Positions 58,960-64,000 of a stretch of 64,000 nucleotides of DNA are shown here, piece by piece. The position numbers and the translations under genes were made by a program. The notes beneath the pieces are model-generated. The model had not been told where the DNA came from, searched no databases, and saw nothing but the letters and a program-made list of their open reading frames with translations. Position 1 is the first letter of the stretch, and each line of letters opens with the position of its first letter. This stretch comes from Ilumatobacter sp. (GTDB taxonomy: Bacteria; Actinomycetota; Acidimicrobiia; Acidimicrobiales; Ilumatobacteraceae), in the NCBI RefSeq assembly GCF_965215205.1, contig NZ_OZ244049.1, forward strand, positions 2,436,955 through 2,500,954, written 5' to 3'.

Positions 58960-59928
58960 TCAGTCGAGCCGGAGCGGGAAGCCGAAGCGGGGGAAGCACT
59001 CCGCGGTGTCGAGGAAGAAGTGCAGCGCTGCGACCCGGTCGTCGCGGAACTCCACGACCTGCAACGCCCACGGTGAGAACCCGCCGGCGGGGTCCGGCTT
59101 GTACTGGGCGAACGCCGGGCAGCCGTTGGCACGACCCGCCACGAGGCGCGACCCGGCGCACCCGGCGCCGGGGCCGAGGTAGAACGTGCGCAGGTCGTCC
59201 ACGCCGCTCAGCCACATCGCGTAGGGCGGCATCGTCTGGATGACGTCGTCGTGGAGCACGGCGGTGAGCGCGTCCATGTCGTAGCGCTCGAAGGCGTCCA
59301 CGTAGCGAGCGAGGAGCGCCGGGTCCGGCTCCCGGCGCGGCCCCGCGGCCGGCGACGGCGCCTCGGCCAACGTCGCCCGCGCCCGCTGCAGCGCGCTGTT
59401 GACCGACGCGACGGTGGTGTCGAGCAGCTCAGCGGTCTCGGCCGCCGGCCACGCGAGCACGTCGCACAGGACGAGCGCGGCGCGCTGGCGGGCGGGGAGG
59501 CGCTGCAACGACGTCACGAACGCGAGCCGAACCGACTCGCGCGCTTCGGCGACCGCAGCCGGATCGGCGGCCGGGGCAAGGACGCGGTCGTCGGCGACCG
59601 GTGACACCCACCGGTCCTCGGGGAGGACGTCGGCGAGGTTGGCGGGGTCGGGCGTGCGTGCCGGTCCGAGGTCGACCGACATCGCCCGGCGCTGGGGGCT
59701 GCGGTGCATGTCGATGCACACGTTGTGGGCGATCCGGTACAGCCAGTTCTTGATGCTGGCCCGTCCCTCGAAGCGGTCGGCCGCCTGCCAGGCGCGGATG
59801 AAGGTCTCCTGCACCGCGTCCTCGGCCTCCGAGCCGGAGCCCAGCATCCGGTAGCAGTACCCGGTGAGACCGCGGCGGTGGGTCTCGAGCTCGTCGGCGA
59901 CCGAGGTGGTTGCGGGCACGGTCGTCAT
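58960..59928 (-). CDS. ECF sigma-70 factor with C-terminal SnoaL-like extension (SigG-like)
   Basis: HRRGLTGYCYRMLGSGSEAEDAVQETF, WLYRIAHNVCID, LPARQRAALVL, SVNSALQRARATL, MPPYAMW. Confidence 0.9.
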   Translation of the reverse strand: MTTVPATTSVADELETHRRGLTGYCYRMLGSGSEAEDAVQETFIRAWQAADRFEGRASIKNWLYRIAHNVCIDMHRSPQRRAMSVDLGPARTPDPANLADVLPEDRWVSPVADDRVLAPAADPAAVAEARESVRLAFVTSLQRLPARQRAALVLCDVLAWPAAETAELLDTTVASVNSALQRARATLAEAPSPAAGPRREPDPALLARYVDAFERYDMDALTAVLHDDVIQTMPPYAMWLSGVDDLRTFYLGPGAGCAGSRLVAGRANGCPAFAQYKPDPAGGFSPWALQVVEFRDDRVAALHFFLDTAECFPRFGFPLRLD

Positions 59929-60158
59929 CGTAGGTTCCTGTTCGCAGCGTCGAGGGTCGGTGCCGGGTGGGGCGGGTCGAGGGTCGGTGCCGGGTCGGGT
60001 GGGTCGCGATCCGGGCCGATGTCGAACACGTCGGCGGCGCCGGTCAGTCGGAGCAGGTCCAGCAGTGCCGGGTCGGGGTCGACGAGGGCGACTCGGCACC
60101 CGAGTCGCCGGGCGGCCAACGCCGCCCGGCACAGCTCGTCCACCGCGTCGAGGTCCAT
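59925..60158 (-). CDS. STAS-like domain protein (possibly frameshifted at its 5' end)
   Basis: DLDAVDELCRAALAARRLGCRVALVDPDPALLDLLRLTG; stop overlaps the sigma start (ATGA). Confidence 0.6.
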   Translation of the reverse strand: MDLDAVDELCRAALAARRLGCRVALVDPDPALLDLLRLTGAADVFDIGPDRDPPDPAPTLDPPHPAPTLDAANRNLR

Positions 60159-60299
60159 CGGCGCCGTGTCAGTCGGAGTCGTCGGCGGCGGGTCGCGACG
60201 CGGCGACGTCGATGCGCACCACCTGGACCGACGTGCAGGACGCCGCAGCGGCCCCGGCGTCGGAGCGGAGGTCGGGGACGGTCGGGGGCGACGCGTCCG

Positions 60300-60728
60300 T
60301 CACGACGCCTCCTCGGCGGCGGGCTCGACGTTGACCATCCACGAGACGCCGAAGCGGTCCCAGCACGACCCGAACAGCGGCGCCCAGAAGGTCGGCTCGA
60401 GCGGCATCTGGACCTCGCCGCCATCGGCGAGCTCGGCGAAGACCCGCCGGGCCTCGTCCTGGTCGGTGAGCGTCAGGTTCACGGCGAAGCCGGACATGCG
60501 ACCGCCGTCGCCGGTCGGGTCGTCGGACGCCATGATCAGATCGCCGTCGCCGAACATCAGCGCCGCGTGCATGACGGCGCCGTCGGGCACGTCGAAGGGC
60601 GGGGCCTCCTCGTCGGCGGGGAGGTCGTCGAAGCCGAGGATGTTCAGCTCGCCTCCGAGGATCTCGTGGTAGCGGGTCATGGCCTCGCGGGTGGTGCCGG
60701 TGAGCACCAGGTACGGGTGGACGGACAT
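60300..60728 (-). CDS. VOC/PhnB (glyoxalase-like) protein
   Basis: VHPYLVLTG, VMHAAL, IMASDD, TFWAPLFGSCWDRFGVSWMVN. Confidence 0.9.
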   Translation of the reverse strand: MSVHPYLVLTGTTREAMTRYHEILGGELNILGFDDLPADEEAPPFDVPDGAVMHAALMFGDGDLIMASDDPTGDGGRMSGFAVNLTLTDQDEARRVFAELADGGEVQMPLEPTFWAPLFGSCWDRFGVSWMVNVEPAAEEAS

Positions 60729-60850
60729 CGTTCGGTTCCTCTCGTGGTTCGGGATGGTCACCCGTGCAGACGGAGCGGCCCACCGGATCTCATCGGCCGC
60801 CGGGGATCCACCGGTGGAGAGCCCGATCGGGTCGGCGCGGGACCGACGGA

Positions 60851-62575
60851 TCAGATCACCTCGCGGGCGACGACGAACCGGAAGACGGCGCGCAGGTCCT
60901 GGTCGACGAGCCGCTCCGGGTCGATCGCGTCACCCACGAGCGGGCGCAGGTCGTCGAGCAGGGTCCGGCGGAAACGGCGCGTCCGCAGCGCTCCCGAACG
61001 AGCGAGGTCGCGGACCTTCTCCGTCGCGCGCTCGTGCACCGTCCAGTCGCGGCGCGGGTCGACGGCCACCAGCCCGCCATCGTCGGCGGCTCGGAACGGC
61101 CTCGTCCCGGAGAAGACCGGGATCGACAGCACCTCGGGGTCGAGGGCCCGGATCAGAGCGAGCTGGAACCGGTCCCCGCGCCTCCACTCGGGCGGCACCG
61201 ACAGCACCCGCAGCAGCAGGTCGCTCGTCATGTGCGGAGCGAGCGCGAACGCCCACTCGTTGAACGCGACGGTGTTGAACGCGTCCTTGCTCACGTAGGC
61301 GAACCCGAACACGACCATCGCATCCGCCACGCCGAAGCGCCCGTCGTGGCGCGCCACGCCGAGCTGGTCGGCGAGCGACTCCAGGTCTCCCGCCATCCGC
61401 TCGAGGTACCGGTGTCGGTCGGTCGCCGATCGGAGCACACCGAGGTACGGCGCGGCCCAGCGGCGCGCGAACTCGACGGCATCCACCGCCTCGGTCCACT
61501 CCCAGACCTTCTTGTTGGTGAACCCCGGGCTGTACCCGCCGAGCTGCAGCGGAGGGATCGTGGCGGCGGGCCCCGCCGCGGCCATCTCCGCCATCACCCC
61601 GGCCGTCGCTCCGTAGGGCAGCGAGAACCCGAACCGGTCGCGCAGCGCGGCGCGCTCGACCGCCGTCCACGGCCGATCCTGGCGCCAGTCCAGGATCGTG
61701 AGCGGCACGTCGAGGTGCGCCGACAGCGATCGCGCCGCGGTGAGGTCCTGGCGCCGGGTGTTGGTCATCGCGCTGTTCCCCGCGCCGTACAGCAAGCGCG
61801 AGGGGCTGCCGAAGCGGTGCGCGGCGGCGGCCACCAGCCGCGAATCGAGCCCTCCGGTGACGTTGACCCCGTAGTCCGGCCCGGTCGCGAGGGCCGCGAC
61901 GAGGCGCTCGGTCGCTGCGGTGTACTCCTCGACCGCCGCCGCCTCGCTCGACGGTGCCGGGCGCAGCGCCACCGGTGGGCCGTCGACGAGGCGCGACGTC
62001 CACCCCGCCGGCGTCTCGCGCAGGTCGACGAACTGATGTCCCCGGATCGCGGCGACGCCGTGGACCGCGCTGCGACCGGCGATCCCCCGGTGACCGTGGA
62101 ACGCGGCGAGCAGCGCGCCGTCGACATCGATCGGCTCGTCGATCCAGTCGACGACGGACACGTCACCGAGCGCCGTCGCGACGACGAAGTCGCCGTCGCG
62201 CTCGGTGAGGAACAGCTCGGCGCTGCAGACCTCGTCGCACATCACCGCCACCCGGTCGTCGCGCCGCACCGCGAGGGCGTAGTGGCCCAACACCTCGTCG
62301 CGCACCCGAGACGGGTCATCGCGGTCGAACCGCGAGGCGACCACGTCGAGCGCGGCGTCCTCCCACCGTCCGTCCCACGTCGCGTAGGTGCCGGTCCCGA
62401 CGACCCACGACCGCTCGTCGGCGACGGAGGTGTTGCGGTGGACGATGCGACGCTTGCGGGCGGCGGCGACGAACAGCGTTCCGGGGATCCGCGTCCACTC
62501 GAGGCCGCTGGCACGCCAGCGGTCGACGACCCGATCGAAGACGTCGCCGCGGTTCGTGATGACGAGGCGTGCCAT
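60851..62575 (-). CDS. Asparagine-synthase-like ATP-dependent amidoligase (degenerate Ntn domain)
   Basis: LGHYALAV region, VNVTGGLDSRLV PP-loop, FALAPHM; no N-terminal Cys. Confidence 0.65.
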   Translation of the reverse strand: MARLVITNRGDVFDRVVDRWRASGLEWTRIPGTLFVAAARKRRIVHRNTSVADERSWVVGTGTYATWDGRWEDAALDVVASRFDRDDPSRVRDEVLGHYALAVRRDDRVAVMCDEVCSAELFLTERDGDFVVATALGDVSVVDWIDEPIDVDGALLAAFHGHRGIAGRSAVHGVAAIRGHQFVDLRETPAGWTSRLVDGPPVALRPAPSSEAAAVEEYTAATERLVAALATGPDYGVNVTGGLDSRLVAAAAHRFGSPSRLLYGAGNSAMTNTRRQDLTAARSLSAHLDVPLTILDWRQDRPWTAVERAALRDRFGFSLPYGATAGVMAEMAAAGPAATIPPLQLGGYSPGFTNKKVWEWTEAVDAVEFARRWAAPYLGVLRSATDRHRYLERMAGDLESLADQLGVARHDGRFGVADAMVVFGFAYVSKDAFNTVAFNEWAFALAPHMTSDLLLRVLSVPPEWRRGDRFQLALIRALDPEVLSIPVFSGTRPFRAADDGGLVAVDPRRDWTVHERATEKVRDLARSGALRTRRFRRTLLDDLRPLVGDAIDPERLVDQDLRAVFRFVVAREVI

Positions 62576-62584
62576 CCGGCAGGT

Positions 62585-63442
62585 CTAGGTGGCGGCGGTT
62601 CGCTCGAGCAGGTAGCACGACGCCTCGCGGGCGACGACGTCGAACCCGAGCTCGCGCAGCCTCCGGCGAACGGAGCGCACCCCCGTGAGGCCGATGATGA
62701 ACGGGTGGAGCTCGACGAGCACCAGCCGCACCCGGCTCAGGTCGGCGAAGTCGAAGAACTCGACCTCACCGCCCTGGATGTCGACGACGAGCACCGTGGC
62801 GCCGGTCGCGGCGAGGTGCTCGTCGGCCGGCTCGACCGGCACCTCGACGGGCCGCGTCGTGTCGCCGGCGAGCTGCGCGGACGAGTGCGAGAAGCGCTCG
62901 GCGAGGTGGAACGTGCGCGTGCCACGGCGCTCGCCGAGCATGACCATGTTCAACGTCGGTGAGACCCCGTTGAGCTCGTAGTTGTCGCGGATCAGCGACT
63001 CGAGCTCGGGGTTCGCCTCGTAGGCGTGGACGGCCGCCGACCCGATCGCCATCGCGCACGCGGTCGAGACCATCCCGATCCCGCTCCCCAGCTCCATCAC
63101 GACGTCGTCGGGGCGCAGGCGATCGACGACGAGGGCGCGCTCGTGGATCGTGTGCCGACCGGCCATCAGCTTGCGGATGTTGAACTCCGACATCCGCTCG
63201 TCGATGCGCATCGTGATCCCGTCGACCTCGATCGTCTCGCCGTACGCCGGCAGCGGCCCCTGCGCCGTGTGCGGGTGCGGGGTCGGGCCGACGACCTTCT
63301 CGCGCAGCTCGAAGTAGCGGCGCCGAGCGACGGTGCGGAGGTGGTCGGCGGTGACGCGTGCGTCCGCCGTCCACGACTCGAGCCGGGATCCGGGCCCGTC
63401 GTCGCTCGGTGCGGTGTCGTCGGTCGTCGTGTCGAGGTCCAT
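62585..63442 (-). CDS. FkbM-family methyltransferase
   Basis: VMELGSGIG, AYEANPEL, LVVDIQGGE, VLVELHP. Confidence 0.85.
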   Translation of the reverse strand: MDLDTTTDDTAPSDDGPGSRLESWTADARVTADHLRTVARRRYFELREKVVGPTPHPHTAQGPLPAYGETIEVDGITMRIDERMSEFNIRKLMAGRHTIHERALVVDRLRPDDVVMELGSGIGMVSTACAMAIGSAAVHAYEANPELESLIRDNYELNGVSPTLNMVMLGERRGTRTFHLAERFSHSSAQLAGDTTRPVEVPVEPADEHLAATGATVLVVDIQGGEVEFFDFADLSRVRLVLVELHPFIIGLTGVRSVRRRLRELGFDVVAREASCYLLERTAAT

Positions 63443-63631
63443 GAGCGGGTTCCGGGTCCGGGTGGGCGATCGTGGCGATCGCGCCCGGTGGCGAACCTCG
63501 ACGCTACCGGCGCTTCGGCGACCGGCGGCCGGGACCGTGAACCGTCGCCGCGTCGCGGACGTCGACGGACCCGCGCCGATCGCGCACGCCCGGGCCTTCC
63601 CGGGCCGCACGGCGACGCCCGTCCGATCCGG

Positions 63632-64000
63632 TCAGCGACCGGCGCGCATCTCGGCGATCACCTCGTCGACGTCGCCCCCGGCGTTGTACGGGAGCCGAGC
63701 GAGCACGGCGCCCAGCGCGCAGGTGTCGCTCAGCGCCGAGAACGTGAGCCCGGTGGCCACGGCGCCGGACAGCCACTTGGCGCGCGGCACGAAGATCGAC
63801 CCGACGATCCCGACCAGCGAGATCGAACCGGCGACGAGCCGGATCTGGCGGTCCATCGCCCACGTCGTCGACCGGCCACGGGTGACCTCGCCGCCCGAGG
63901 AGATCCACCCGTCGACCCCGCCGACGAGGACGCGCAGCCGGGTGGCGCCCGCGGCGGTGAGCGTCGCGCGCGCCCGCTCGGCACGCTCACCCGAGCGGCA
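63632..64000 (-). CDS. Rhodanese + DUF2892 membrane protein (5' end outside the window)
   Basis: CRSGERA, VGGVDGW, MDRQIRLVAGS, GLTFSALSDTCALG. Confidence 0.85.
   Translation of the reverse strand, partial: CRSGERAERARATLTAAGATRLRVLVGGVDGWISSGGEVTRGRSTTWAMDRQIRLVAGSISLVGIVGSIFVPRAKWLSGAVATGLTFSALSDTCALGAVLARLPYNAGGDVDEVIAEMRAGR

Noticed and set aside
60169-60171. TGA upstream of the STAS-like core as a second selenocysteine codon
   Set aside because: The downstream STAS similarity is in a different frame, so read-through would not restore it.

Overview
High-GC (visibly ~70%) actinobacterial chromosome segment. Gene content and order (mreBCD-pbp2-rodA, rne, tig-clpP-clpX, DAK2-recG-rsmD-coaD) suggest class Acidimicrobiia, Ilumatobacter-like; this is an inference. 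1-26.4 kb is mostly housekeeping: coaD, rsmD, nth, prolyl oligopeptidase, recG, DAK2, rpmB, pckG, rpmA/rplU, rne, rodA/mrdA/mreDCB, ndk, folC, clpX/clpP/tig. 26.5-45.4 kb is accessory metabolism and signalling: two c-di-GMP enzymes, a PhaE-like/PhaC pair, sulfatase, CoA-transferase, an FAD oxidoreductase-methyltransferase fusion, a P-type ATPase and a BVMO. 45.8-52.7 kb is a lower-GC 6.8-kb element integrated at tRNA-Pro(TGG) and bounded by a 47-bp direct repeat. It carries a tyrosine integrase, a nuclease-like/SEC-C gene and a DUF4062 (TIR-like) gene split in frame by an intact ISL3, plus a decayed IS3; it looks like a minimal defence islet. 52.8-64 kb holds a secreted hydrolase, a DUF2786/HExxH pair, TetR, tRNA-Gly, an M23 peptidase, an ECF sigma module and an FkbM/Asn-synthase-like pair. 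The strongest hidden signal is a 100-codon HesB/IscA-like gene (11424-11726, minus) just upstream of rplU. The ORF track splits it at an in-frame TGA in a G-TGA-G context that is followed by a SECIS-like hairpin, so it is a candidate selenoprotein. At least 12 genes have a TANNNT -10 box 6-8 nt before the start codon, consistent with widespread leaderless transcription. All assignments come from motif recognition by eye; no database searches were run.
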